Below are positions 18,228 through 27,369 of a DNA stretch of 64,000 nt, piece by piece. Both the position numbers and the translations under genes were made by a program. Under the pieces are notes generated by a model. The model saw nothing but the letters and a program-made list of their open reading frames with translations. It had not been told where the DNA came from and made no database searches. The stretch covers positions 322,544 to 386,543 of the forward strand of contig CAZNDB010000001.1 of NCBI GenBank assembly GCA_964571725.1. The letters run 5' to 3'. Positions within the stretch are counted from its first letter, which is position 1. Every line of letters starts with the position of its first letter. This DNA is from an uncultured Candidatus Peribacteria bacterium (GTDB lineage Bacteria > Patescibacteriota > Gracilibacteria > UBA1369).

Positions 18228-18611
18228 TTAATTGGTTTTATTGACTGAATTTAACTTTTCATCAATGCTTCTGGAATTCTCAACCAGTTCATCAAACAAG
18301 TCGCTTACCGCCTCTAAAATCTTATTATCAAGTCCGGGAATATAAGAGGTGATTATACTTAAAGCATCTATTTCGTCAAGTTCGGGGTGGTCCTCCAGTG
18401 TTTTCTGCAACAGAAAGACTTCCTTTTCTCCCAGTGAGGCTACGACTACGGCTGTCACGCGCTCACTTAAAGTCTGGGCAATTTCGTTACTCAGCTCTTC
18501 AATAACCTCAGGACTGGCCTTATCCATTTTGATTTCTTTCAGCAGCATCTGAATGAAATTTTCAGTGTTGAAATAAATTCCGTTTCTTCTGGTTGATTGT
18601 GTTTTTTTCAT
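18228..18611 (-). CDS. small acidic hypothetical protein (127 aa), translationally coupled to the 1468-aa gene
   Basis: Its stop TAA (18230-18228) abuts the ATG at 18227. It starts 9 nt after the stop of the 1072-aa gene. Rich in Asp/Glu, with no TM segment. Confidence 0.65.
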   Translation of the reverse strand: MKKTQSTRRNGIYFNTENFIQMLLKEIKMDKASPEVIEELSNEIAQTLSERVTAVVVASLGEKEVFLLQKTLEDHPELDEIDALSIITSYIPGLDNKILEAVSDLFDELVENSRSIDEKLNSVNKTN

Positions 18612-18620
18612 ATTGGTTAA

Positions 18621-21600
18621 TTAAGCTGCTTTGGAAATAACTTCTCCGTTGTCATTGGCTGCCTCGCTGTATAAAGCTATCGGTCCCAGATTCAATTGTT
18701 TCTCTGCGGCGATCTTTCTGTATTCATTGGCGGCTCCGTTTAATTCATAGATTTGTTCTTCTATACTGTTGATCTTTCTGGCGGCACGTTTTTTATCCCA
18801 GCTGTAAGGCATTCCCGAGATTTTGGCCTGCAGGCGTTTTTGTCTGGCGACCAGCTTATCGATGCGTTTTTCGTACTCGAGAATTCTGTCTTTGAGGTAA
18901 CTTCTCATGAAGTTTCGGTTGAATTGGCCAAGTAAACGTTTGGGCATATGCGTGGTGCGTACCATGGCCCTGCCGATCAATCTCACCGGGAAAGTGCCGT
19001 ATTTCCAGGCAAAGCCCAGTGGAGCGGTAACGGGAGTGGCAATCATTCGGCCGACACTGAAAGACTTCTTGGCCAGGCTTCTGGCCGTGGCGGCATTCAA
19101 AAACTTCTTGCGGCTCCAATTCCAGGAGGTTTTGGTTCCGGACCAGAACGCCTTGGCTCCCTGTTTTGTGTAATGCCAGCCCTTTTGTAATCTGAAATTG
19201 GTGGACATTTTGTTAAACACCTGGGTAAGTCCTACCGATTGCAGATATTCGCGTTTCTCCCTTCTGCTCAAATTGTTTTCATCAATATACTTTTTGGCGG
19301 CCTCCACTCTTTCGTATAAATCTTTGGATTGGGCAATTTGTTTATCCACTGTGGAAATTTCATCGCGCAGATTTTGGACTTCCCTGGTCAGTCTCAGCCG
19401 GTTAGGGTCGGCTTCCGGCAGAGCGTTCATTTCGGTTTCCATTTTGGAAATGCGCGCGCGTTTTTCTTCGATGCCGGCAGTTTTTAGTTTGTTCAGCCCT
19501 TCCAGTGACTTTTTGTTTAAAATTCTCTTTAAATCATTTTTGACCAGCAGCACCCGCCACATGGCATCGGGATTTTTCACGTCTTTGGTCAGGGATTCCT
19601 CAACTTGCCGTTCTTGCGTACGGCTTTCGCGAAGCATTTTTACCAGAACTTTTTCTCTTTCACCCGGCTCAGCGGTCTGGTTCACTTTATCCAGAAATTC
19701 TCGTGACCACATCTCAATCTTAACTTTTTTCAGTACTTCAATCAGGTTTTCCAGATCCCAGTCGTCCGGGTCCAGCCCTTTCTCCAGACTGGGTTTCACT
19801 TTTTTAAATCGGGAAACTGCTTCTTCCAATATCAGGGAAAACCTTTCCAGCGTTTCACGTTTCACCACCCGTCCGGATTTATTGAGAGTATGTTTCAGAC
19901 GTCGGGGCGTGGTGAACTTATTGATCCCGTTGAAAACGCTGAAGGTTTCATCGGAATTAATTACTGACTGCAGCAACTTGTCAGAAGTCATATTGGCAAA
20001 ATCAATCGGTTCCAGTCCGATAAAGTCCTGTCCGCTGGCCACGGCATTTTTGACTCTATTCCAGCCGCGTCCCAGCACGCCTCGGTCCATAATTTCCGCT
20101 CCCTGCTGGTTGGCCGTTCGCTTGATATCGATACTCTTTACTTTCTCCAGCCTCAGCGCGGCCTTAACGTTTGCATAATGGTTGGCTTCCTCGTTGTATA
20201 CTGTTTCGTCCAACTTATGCTTGCGCATGTAATCCTTGCGCATAAAACGCTGTGTCAGCTCAAAGGGTGTGAGCTTGGCTGGATTGACTGAGGGTTTGAT
20301 ATCGTCAATAGCAACTTTTATAGTCTTAAAACCCTCGTGCAACTTGTCAACAGCGTCATGATCATTGAAGTCGAATGGTCCAAGAACAGTTTCAAGAGTT
20401 TTATAAGAGGGTGCTGTCAGGTCAATGAGCTTGGGATGTAAGGAAAGCAAATCCTTTAATCCATCAACAGAGGCTCTTAGGCTTTTTACATTTTTTGCCA
20501 TTTGTGGTTCAAGCACATTCAACCTTTCATTTTCGGCTTTCTTTTTGTCGTCAGGAGAGGAAGTACCGCTTCCTTCGATAACCAGTAATTCTGCCCTTCT
20601 TTGTACAAAAGCTGACTGTTCCGCGATGGCCTGGCGAATGGTTTGAATAATTTTGTTGGTTTCCGCTTTCAAATGCTCAATAGCCTGGGCCTCGGCCGCG
20701 TCAACGGCCCCAGGAAGAGTTTCGTTTTTGATAAAAGTATCAATTTCAGCGGTAACTTGTTTTGCCGCAGCATTGAGGTCCGGAGCTTCTCCCGTGGCAA
20801 TCAAAAAATAAAGCCTGCCGCGCAATTCCGCCATAAACATTGTGGTTTCCTGACTTGTTTGAAGCTGATACAGGGAGTTATCCTCCAAAGCGGCTTTCAC
20901 TTGGTCTGCCAGGGCTTTACATTCAGGACTGCCCGTAACCAGCATATTCCAGAACTCTCTTAACGGTTGATGATTGTAGACCTCGGCCGAACCGGCTTCG
21001 TCACCGCTTTCCTGGTCAGAATTTGCAACCAGCAACAAGTCCAGGAAGGCCCGTTCTTCGCTTAAAGGCTCGGGTGGGTTTGCCTTTCTGCACCATTTAC
21101 GCAGATTTCTCAATTCTGAGAGTGTAAGCTGGGACAATCTGTTTGTGGCATCCGCGATGGGGGCACCTGCAATCAATCCGATACGAGCCATTATTTCGTC
21201 ATAACGTGTGGGATTGGTACTTTGAATTAAAGTTAACGGCTCCGTCAGTCTGTTGGCCACAAACAGTCTTTGTGCCTCCAGGCTGGGGTTCTTGCCAAAT
21301 CTTTTGTTTATCTGGGCTTCAATATAGGGGCTGGTGCCAATCATTGAGCCAACACCGCGCAGAACTCGTACAAACTGCCTGCCCACCCTTCTGGGAAGGG
21401 GGCTTTCCATGTGTTCCACTCCCTCCGAACCCTGATAATGCAATGAGTCCTCACCTAATTCGGTTTCATAATTTTCGTTACCCTGTACTGCGCGGTACAA
21501 TTTATTTCGTACCCTTTCCTCACCTAATTCGGTTTCGTAATTTTCGTTACCCTGTACTGCGCGGTACAATTTATTTCGTACCCTTTCCTCCTTGATCCTG

Positions 21601-21839
21601 TTTAATTCGGGGCTGCCTCCGCCTGCCGGCAGGGGACGGCCTCGGGTCAGCGCGTGGGCAACCTGTTCATTTATGCCGGTTTGTATCAGTGAAACATTGC
21701 GGGCGATTTGGGCGTTAAATTCATAAAATTCCCGGTTTTCGTCCTCCACCTGTCGCAATACGCGTTCATTTCTTTCTTCCTGGTCGGAAAGATTGGGTTG
21801 TTCCTGTGGCAAATGCCCAAAGCGGGGTACCTTTGACAT
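18621..21839 (-). CDS. hypothetical 1072-aa coiled-coil-rich protein
   Basis: Long ORF of native composition. No signal peptide. Contains an internal exact 23-aa duplication near the N-terminus. First gene of the 1072/127/1468 operon. Confidence 0.7.
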   Translation of the reverse strand: MSKVPRFGHLPQEQPNLSDQEERNERVLRQVEDENREFYEFNAQIARNVSLIQTGINEQVAHALTRGRPLPAGGGSPELNRIKEERVRNKLYRAVQGNENYETELGEERVRNKLYRAVQGNENYETELGEDSLHYQGSEGVEHMESPLPRRVGRQFVRVLRGVGSMIGTSPYIEAQINKRFGKNPSLEAQRLFVANRLTEPLTLIQSTNPTRYDEIMARIGLIAGAPIADATNRLSQLTLSELRNLRKWCRKANPPEPLSEERAFLDLLLVANSDQESGDEAGSAEVYNHQPLREFWNMLVTGSPECKALADQVKAALEDNSLYQLQTSQETTMFMAELRGRLYFLIATGEAPDLNAAAKQVTAEIDTFIKNETLPGAVDAAEAQAIEHLKAETNKIIQTIRQAIAEQSAFVQRRAELLVIEGSGTSSPDDKKKAENERLNVLEPQMAKNVKSLRASVDGLKDLLSLHPKLIDLTAPSYKTLETVLGPFDFNDHDAVDKLHEGFKTIKVAIDDIKPSVNPAKLTPFELTQRFMRKDYMRKHKLDETVYNEEANHYANVKAALRLEKVKSIDIKRTANQQGAEIMDRGVLGRGWNRVKNAVASGQDFIGLEPIDFANMTSDKLLQSVINSDETFSVFNGINKFTTPRRLKHTLNKSGRVVKRETLERFSLILEEAVSRFKKVKPSLEKGLDPDDWDLENLIEVLKKVKIEMWSREFLDKVNQTAEPGEREKVLVKMLRESRTQERQVEESLTKDVKNPDAMWRVLLVKNDLKRILNKKSLEGLNKLKTAGIEEKRARISKMETEMNALPEADPNRLRLTREVQNLRDEISTVDKQIAQSKDLYERVEAAKKYIDENNLSRREKREYLQSVGLTQVFNKMSTNFRLQKGWHYTKQGAKAFWSGTKTSWNWSRKKFLNAATARSLAKKSFSVGRMIATPVTAPLGFAWKYGTFPVRLIGRAMVRTTHMPKRLLGQFNRNFMRSYLKDRILEYEKRIDKLVARQKRLQAKISGMPYSWDKKRAARKINSIEEQIYELNGAANEYRKIAAEKQLNLGPIALYSEAANDNGEVISKAA
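21451..21588 (-). repeat. 2 x 69-bp tandem duplication (1 mismatch) within 18621-21839
   Basis: TCACCTAATTCGGTTTC(A/G)TAATTTTCGTTACCCTGTACTGCGCGGTACAATTTATTTCGTACCCTTTCC occurs at 21451-21519 and 21520-21588. It encodes EERVRNKLYRAVQGNENYETELG twice. Confidence 0.9.
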
Positions 21840-21879
21840 AATAGTGAGTTAAATCCCTAAATTATAGCATTTTTAAGTG

Positions 21880-21908
21880 TTGAAATAAAGCCTTTCCTGC
21901 GTTAAGAT
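21880..21908 (+). promoter_or_regulatory. candidate promoter (TTGAAA-17-TAAGAT) for tig
   Basis: Hexamers at 21880-21885 and 21903-21908. Confidence 0.35.
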
Positions 21909-21959
21909 GGCCGCGACCTAAGCAGTCAAATCGTTATATTATTTAAATCACCCCGGGTC

Positions 21960-23231
21960 ATGAAAATTACATCAGAGAAAATGGCTAAGGCAGAAGTAAA
22001 GCTGATTGTGGAACTGACGGAACTGGAAATGGAGAATTATTATCAGAAAGCCCTGGAAAAGCTGGCATCACAAATTAACGTAAAAGGTTTTCGTCCCGGC
22101 AAAGTGCCCCATGAAGTGGCCGAACAGCAATTGGAAAAAGGTTATATCATGGCCCATGCCATAGACCTTGCCATTCCCCCTACCTACATTGAATCCGTTA
22201 AACAGGAGAAAATTGAGCCGATCGCCCAGCCCAAAGTAACCATCGTCAACGACAAGCCCCTTAAATATGAGGCGATCATTCCGGTTTATCCCGAAGTCAA
22301 AGTAAAGGATTACAAGAAAATCAAGCTGGAGGGGAAAAAAGTTGAGGTTACCGACGCGATGGTGGAGGAAGAAGTAAAACATTTGATTGGCTATCACGCC
22401 ACATTCAGTGAAGTGACGGATCGTCCGGCCGCCATGGGGGACAGGGTGGAAATTGATTTTAACGGTTTTGACGAAACAGGGGTGCCTTTGGAAGGTACCA
22501 CCAGCAAGAATCACCCGATGATACTGGGTGAAAAGACCTTTGTCCCGGGATTCGAGGAAAATTTGGAAGGAATGAAAATAGGGGATGAAAAAGAATTTAC
22601 CGTCACTTTTCCCGCGGATTATTTTCACAAACCTTTTCAGAGCAAACCGGTCAAGTTCAAGGTCAAGCTTAACAGGCTGGAAGAAAGACATGTTCCCGAA
22701 CTGAACGCCGAGTTTATTAAAAAAGTTGCGGGGAAGGAAATGACTGAAGCAGAATTTAAAACGGAAGTAAAAAACAACCTGATGAAAGCCCGCGAACAGG
22801 AGGAGCAAAACCGTCTGGAAAGTCTGTTGCTGGAAAAAATTCGCGATAATACCGAAGTTGACCTGGCCGAGAGCCTGGTGGACGAAGAAATCCATTATCT
22901 GCTTGATGAAATCAAAGAGAATGCCACCAGCAGGGGCATTAACTGGGAGGATTATCTGAAGGCTACCGGTAAAACCGAACAGCAGTTGCATGAGGAGAAA
23001 AAGGGCGACGCCGAGAAAAGATTAAAGCTCCGCTTTGGGGTACAGGAGATTTTTAAGCTGGAAAAAATTGACGCTACCGACGAAGACCTGGACAAAGCTT
23101 TCCAGGACGAAATGAAAATACTTGCGTCCATGAATTATGAGCCTAAAATAGAGGAGCAGGAGATGCTCAAGGTCCGCCTGAAAAATAAAATTAAACTGGA
23201 AAAACTGATCGCGGTTTTCCTCAAACAATAA
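21960..23231 (+). CDS. tig: trigger factor
   Basis: 423 aa. Has the N-terminal ribosome-binding motif region (VKGFRPGKVP), a central FKBP-like segment, and typical length. Confidence 0.9.
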   Translation: MKITSEKMAKAEVKLIVELTELEMENYYQKALEKLASQINVKGFRPGKVPHEVAEQQLEKGYIMAHAIDLAIPPTYIESVKQEKIEPIAQPKVTIVNDKPLKYEAIIPVYPEVKVKDYKKIKLEGKKVEVTDAMVEEEVKHLIGYHATFSEVTDRPAAMGDRVEIDFNGFDETGVPLEGTTSKNHPMILGEKTFVPGFEENLEGMKIGDEKEFTVTFPADYFHKPFQSKPVKFKVKLNRLEERHVPELNAEFIKKVAGKEMTEAEFKTEVKNNLMKAREQEEQNRLESLLLEKIRDNTEVDLAESLVDEEIHYLLDEIKENATSRGINWEDYLKATGKTEQQLHEEKKGDAEKRLKLRFGVQEIFKLEKIDATDEDLDKAFQDEMKILASMNYEPKIEEQEMLKVRLKNKIKLEKLIAVFLKQ

Positions 23232-23242
23232 ACGAAAAAACT

Positions 23243-23497
23243 ATGAGAACATTTTTACTCAGTGGCACTATACTTGTTTTTGTAATCATTCTGATAATAT
23301 TTTTTCAGAATCTGGCCAATACCGTGACCGGCCTCTGGATCATGCTGTTCCAGTTTGATCAGAAAGCCAGCGCCTCACTGGCGGTTTTCATCCTTTGCGG
23401 AATCGGCTTTCTGGCGGGCTCAATCACCACTCTGTTGATCACGACTTTAGTGAACGCGGGCAAGGACGAAGAAGTTCCGGGAGGGGCTAACTGGTAA
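23243..23497 (+). CDS. small two-helix membrane protein (LapA/DUF1049-like)
   Basis: 84 aa with two hydrophobic helices. Family assignment is tentative. Confidence 0.5.
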   Translation: MRTFLLSGTILVFVIILIIFFQNLANTVTGLWIMLFQFDQKASASLAVFILCGIGFLAGSITTLLITTLVNAGKDEEVPGGANW

Positions 23498-23580
23498 TTC
23501 AGAGCATCTTCCCCTTGCTCTTTGACCTAAAAAATTATACATTGCAGCCAGTTGTATAAAAGATGTGAACAAGCTGGCCG

Positions 23581-24138
23581 ATGCTTAAACGACTGTTTAC
23601 CTCCACAACCAGAGTAAAACTGCTGACCATTTTTCTACTGAATCCGGATCGGGAGTTTTTTATACGTGAGTTGACCAGGGAATTAAACGAACAAATAAAT
23701 TCCATCAGACGCGAACTGGACAACCTGAAAAAGATGGGACTTTTGAAAACCAAAGAAAAAAACCGTAAAAAATATTACGCGGTAAATAAAAACTTTCTTT
23801 TGCTCAACGAACTGAAGTCCATCATTGTAAAAGGCATCAGCAATAAGGACGAAATTACCAGAAGAGTATCATCGTTCGGGGAAGTCGATGTTCTGGTTTT
23901 TTCGGGGATTTTTGTAAACAAGGAGGCACTGATCGATCTGCTGATTGTAGGTAATATCGACAAGGAGAGACTGGAAGAATATCTGAACAACGAACTGGAC
24001 ACCTCCAGGCCCATCAGGTTTAGCGTCATGTCGCGCGACGATTTCCAGTACAGACGCAAGTGTTACGATAAATTTCTGACCGATTTAATGGACAGTCCCG
24101 ACAACCTCGTTACCATCAACAATCTGGAAGAAAAATAG
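23581..24138 (+). CDS. winged-helix (ArsR-like) transcriptional regulator with C-terminal domain
   Basis: 185 aa. The N-terminal [46 protein letters not shown] is typical of wHTH regulators. Confidence 0.6.
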   Translation: MLKRLFTSTTRVKLLTIFLLNPDREFFIRELTRELNEQINSIRRELDNLKKMGLLKTKEKNRKKYYAVNKNFLLLNELKSIIVKGISNKDEITRRVSSFGEVDVLVFSGIFVNKEALIDLLIVGNIDKERLEEYLNNELDTSRPIRFSVMSRDDFQYRRKCYDKFLTDLMDSPDNLVTINNLEEK

Positions 24139-24202
24139 CTTGCAATTTAGCTTTCCATTACCTAATATTACACGGCAAAAACACTCTTTATCCGGAATTC
24201 CT

Positions 24203-24691
24203 ATGTCACATTTAATTATTCAAAAGATCGAAAAAAAGCAGATTAATCCCGATGTTCCTGAAATCAAGGCCGGTTATACCGTCCGCGTACATCAGAAAAT
24301 CAAGGAAGGTGAAAAGGAAAGAATCCAGATTTATGAAGGACTGGTTATTGCCGTCAATCATGGGCACGGACCAAGCAAAACCATGATTGTGCGCAAAGTT
24401 GTTGAAGGCATCGGAGTGGAAAAAATCTTCCCACTGAATTCACCCAGCCTGGCCAAAATTGAAGTTATCAGAATCGGCAAAGTCCGCCGCGCCAAGCTGT
24501 ATTATATGAGAGATATCAGCGGCAAGGCCGCCAGACTGAAGGAAGTTCTGGTCAGCCATGCTCAGGAAAAATCGGTTAAGGGTGGGGAAAAAGCTGAAAA
24601 AGCGGCTCCGGCTGAAGAAGTTCAGGAGACAGAAATAACCGAAACAGCTGAAGTTGCTGCAAACAACGAAGCTAATGAGTCCGAAAAATAA
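24203..24691 (+). CDS. rplS: 50S ribosomal protein L19 with acidic C-terminal extension
   Basis: From the ATG at 24203: [13 protein letters not shown]...[31 protein letters not shown], which is canonical for L19. An Ala/Glu-rich tail of about 45 aa follows. Confidence 0.9.
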   Translation: MSHLIIQKIEKKQINPDVPEIKAGYTVRVHQKIKEGEKERIQIYEGLVIAVNHGHGPSKTMIVRKVVEGIGVEKIFPLNSPSLAKIEVIRIGKVRRAKLYYMRDISGKAARLKEVLVSHAQEKSVKGGEKAEKAAPAEEVQETEITETAEVAANNEANESEK

Positions 24692-25310
24692 AACTAATCG
24701 GGTTCCGGAACTTACAGATAAAATAATTATTGCAGGTTTGGATGAGGTAGGCCGTGGCCCCTGGGCCGGGCCTATTGTTGCGTGTGCCTTTATCGAAACC
24801 ACTCCGGTTATGGACGTGAAAATTACCGATTCCAAAAAGCTCAATGAGGCCCAAAGAGAGGAAGCTTATCAGGAATTGATCAGGCACGGCCACTATGGCA
24901 TTGGCAGTGTGGAAGCCTGGGAAATTGACAGAATCGGACTGACCAAAGCCAACCGTTTGGCGTTTCGCAGGGCGATCGAAGGACTCAAAGTTAAACCTGA
25001 TCTGATTCTGATTGACGGTCGGGATAAAGTTGACCGGGCAACCACCTTGGGGATTCCCTGCAAAACTTTTATTAAAGGGGATTTGGCGATCAGAGCCATT
25101 TCCTGCGCTTCGATTGTGGCTAAAGTCACCAGGGACAGACTGATGGATAAACTGGCCAAAAAATATCCCGAATACCATTTCGAGGAGCACAAAGGATACG
25201 GCACCAGTTTACATAAAAAGATGCTTAAACAGTACGGGGCCAGTGAAATTCACCGGCAAAGTTTCAAACCGGTGCATCTGCTTTTGCAGACCAGTTTATT
25301 GGATCAATAG
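24675..25310 (+). CDS. rnhB: ribonuclease HII
   Basis: Contains [18 protein letters not shown] and the downstream DSKKL motif. The start could be 24654 or 24675; both overlap the rplS 3-prime end. Confidence 0.88.
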   Translation: MSPKNKTNRVPELTDKIIIAGLDEVGRGPWAGPIVACAFIETTPVMDVKITDSKKLNEAQREEAYQELIRHGHYGIGSVEAWEIDRIGLTKANRLAFRRAIEGLKVKPDLILIDGRDKVDRATTLGIPCKTFIKGDLAIRAISCASIVAKVTRDRLMDKLAKKYPEYHFEEHKGYGTSLHKKMLKQYGASEIHRQSFKPVHLLLQTSLLDQ

Positions 25311-25313
25311 AAA

Positions 25314-25331
25314 AAAGCAGGTTTCCAGGTA
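25314..25331. repeat. left arm of an 18/19-nt inverted repeat bracketing GC-rich cassette B
   Basis: AAAGCAGGTTTCCAGGTA. Its reverse complement (with a 1-nt indel) occurs at 26030-26048. Confidence 0.75.
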
Positions 25332-25365
25332 ACGGGAAATAACGGAGGGCTGTCAAAACGCCGCC

Positions 25366-25402
25366 GGCCGGGAACATCATCTCTTGGAAGATGTTCCCGG
25401 CC
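25366..25402 (-). terminator. GC-rich 13-bp hairpin downstream of 25444-26010 (may also serve rnhB)
   Basis: GGCCGGGAACATC at 25366-25378 pairs with GATGTTCCCGGCC at 25390-25402. The loop is 11 nt. Confidence 0.5.
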
Positions 25403-25443
25403 TGTGTGGCGCGCCCCTTTTCCTGACGTCGGAGAGACGCCGG

Positions 25444-26010
25444 CTAGAGGGCCATGACGCGAAAGGAACGCGTGGTGTTGCCCACCGTGATGCTGGCGGG
25501 GCGCTCGTCGTTCTTCTTCAACTTCTGTTCCTGAGGCAGAAAGCCGATCTGGCAGAGACCGGCCAACGGACGCTTGACGAGGTTGGTGACAGCCACATTG
25601 GAGCAGTCCGGGGCCGCGGCTGAGGAGTAGAAGAACAGCATGCGGTCAGAGGTGATCGCATAGGTCTGCCCGTCCACAACCTCGGTCGTGAGTCCGTTCA
25701 GTACGACCTGGATGACCGGCGGCTTCTCGCTGGGAGGAGCGGACTCGGGCGCGTCGGGCGCTCCGGCGTCCGCGGCCTGCGCGTCGTTGACATCTGCAGG
25801 CTTGGCATCGGCCTCGGCGTCGGGGACGGCTGCGGTGCCGGCATCGGCTTTCTGAGGGGGAGCCTCCTGGTCGGTCTGGGGTTGTGGTTGGGAGAGTCCC
25901 GCGTCGGCCTGAACTGACGCACTCGCCCCGGCGGTTTTTGGCTCGGGATTGGTTCCCGCGCAGGCCAGCAGGGTGGTGGAGAGCAGCACTGGCAGAATCG
26001 TTTTCAGCAT
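25444..26010 (-). CDS. GC-rich lipoprotein (188 aa) with long Ala/Pro/Asp-rich linker
   Basis: The ATG at 26010 is preceded by GGAGGAAAG. The signal peptide MLKTILPVLLSTTLLAC has a lipobox. GC3 is high. Confidence 0.7.
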   Translation of the reverse strand: MLKTILPVLLSTTLLACAGTNPEPKTAGASASVQADAGLSQPQPQTDQEAPPQKADAGTAAVPDAEADAKPADVNDAQAADAGAPDAPESAPPSEKPPVIQVVLNGLTTEVVDGQTYAITSDRMLFFYSSAAAPDCSNVAVTNLVKRPLAGLCQIGFLPQEQKLKKNDERPASITVGNTTRSFRVMAL

Positions 26011-26029
26011 TTCTTTCCTCCGTCGTTTG

Positions 26030-26048
26030 TACCTGGAAACCGTGCTTT
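26030..26048. repeat. right arm of the inverted repeat bracketing GC-rich cassette B
   Basis: TACCTGGAAACCGTGCTTT. The core of 12 perfect nt plus 6 more after a 1-nt indel matches 25314-25331 in inverted orientation. Confidence 0.75.
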
Positions 26049-26109
26049 CAAAGGGCTTAGTCCGGCCCACACGGTTTCATGAATAGATGAGCCTGACTAA
26101 ATCAGACTG

Positions 26110-26137
26110 ATTATACAAGCGGATTGACAAAAGTCAA
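26110..26137 (-). promoter_or_regulatory. near-consensus promoter (TTGACT-16-TATAAT) driving the cassette B lipoprotein
   Basis: On the minus strand, TTGACT is at 26137-26132 and TATAAT at 26115-26110. It lies in AT-rich DNA between the csaB stop and the right inverted-repeat arm. Confidence 0.5.
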
Positions 26138-26146
26138 TTAAGCCGT

Positions 26147-27277
26147 CTAATTAAAAGTGTCTTTCAGGAGCTTTTCGTGTTCGAAAAAACTATAGGTGCT
26201 TTTAAGTTTTTGCGCGGCTAATCTGGATTGAATATCTTCCTGATGTTTTCGTGCATGCGCAAACAATCGTTCAATATTTTCCGAGTTCAGGTCCATATAG
26301 TTCAGACAATATTCATCAAAACCAATCGTTTCGACAAAATCCCTGACTTTTTTGCTATAGGACAAAGCTACAAAAGGAGTGCCGGCTAACACCGAAAAAA
26401 TAATTGAATGCAGTCTCATGCCGATAATCATCTCACTGCGGCCAATTACCTCTATTGCCTGTGAGAAATCCTGAACAATTTTTAGCTGCATGGCTTCCGG
26501 ATTTGTCAGTAAGGAGGCCAGTTCTTTATAGCGATTTTTGTCGTCCTCGATTTCATTTTGAAAAGGAATGAAAATGGTCCGCAAATGAAATTTTATCCAA
26601 ATATCATCAATCAGTCTGGCCAATTCCAAATTAATTTTAGGCTGATCACCCCTGACCCAGTCCCTGAGAGTTAGTACAATTTGCTTTTGTCTGGAAACGG
26701 AGGAATCTGAATTATAGCCGATTGCAAAGGCCGGATCTGCTAAAACCCGTATGTTTTTGATGCCCAATTTTTCCAGCAAAGTCTTTGACTGCCGATCTCT
26801 GACAGTGACTAATTTGCTCCTGCTGAAAACGAAACGGGTCAGTTTTTGGGCCCATGATGAATTAAGGGGGCCCACACTTTGAGCAAGGCAGACTACGGGT
26901 TTTCTTAAGATCCAGAAATAAAGAAATTGTATAAACCAGATCCAGACGGCGCGTTTCTTTTCGTCGCTGAACAGACCGCCTCCTCCCAAAACAACCAAAT
27001 CGGCGCGTCTCACTGATTTGAGCGTGATCCAGCCGGCGGGAAGAAACCAGAATTTAAAAAATGAACGGAATCCCGCCGGGAAAAAAACCAATCCTTTTAC
27101 TCCGAAATCAGCTGCCGTTTTACGGGGAGTGCGGGACATAACTGCTATTTCATTGTGGGGCCAGGATGATGCGACTAGTTTTATCAAACCGGCCAAGATG
27201 GCATCGTCTCCCAGATTGGAAGCTCCATAGTTACCGCAAACTATAATATGTTTTCTGTCTGTCTTCATTGGGGACAT
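26147..27277 (-). CDS. csaB: polysaccharide pyruvyl transferase (CsaB-like)
   Basis: IIVCGNYGASNLGDDAILAGL at the N-terminus and overall length fit the PS_pyruv_trans family. Native composition. The start could be 27277, 27268 or 27334. Confidence 0.75.
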   Translation of the reverse strand: MSPMKTDRKHIIVCGNYGASNLGDDAILAGLIKLVASSWPHNEIAVMSRTPRKTAADFGVKGLVFFPAGFRSFFKFWFLPAGWITLKSVRRADLVVLGGGGLFSDEKKRAVWIWFIQFLYFWILRKPVVCLAQSVGPLNSSWAQKLTRFVFSRSKLVTVRDRQSKTLLEKLGIKNIRVLADPAFAIGYNSDSSVSRQKQIVLTLRDWVRGDQPKINLELARLIDDIWIKFHLRTIFIPFQNEIEDDKNRYKELASLLTNPEAMQLKIVQDFSQAIEVIGRSEMIIGMRLHSIIFSVLAGTPFVALSYSKKVRDFVETIGFDEYCLNYMDLNSENIERLFAHARKHQEDIQSRLAAQKLKSTYSFFEHEKLLKDTFN

Positions 27278-27340
27278 TCTTTGTAATAGGACAACTTTAT
27301 CTGAATTTAAGAAGATGATTAAGCTATAATACAAAAAACG

Positions 27341-27369
27341 TTGACAAAACTTTAAAAAAGTAGTTTAAT
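27341..27369 (+). promoter_or_regulatory. candidate promoter (TTGACA-17-TTTAAT) upstream of GC-rich cassette C1
   Basis: Hexamers at 27341-27346 and 27364-27369. This implies a leader of about 345 nt before the ATG at 27723. Confidence 0.4.

Noticed and set aside
22068-22991. Long antisense ORFs inside native genes (this one in tig; also 9742-10662, 19198-20178, 36355-36987, 61401-62066).
   Set aside because: Each lies fully within a well-supported gene on the other strand. None has a recognisable motif or start context.
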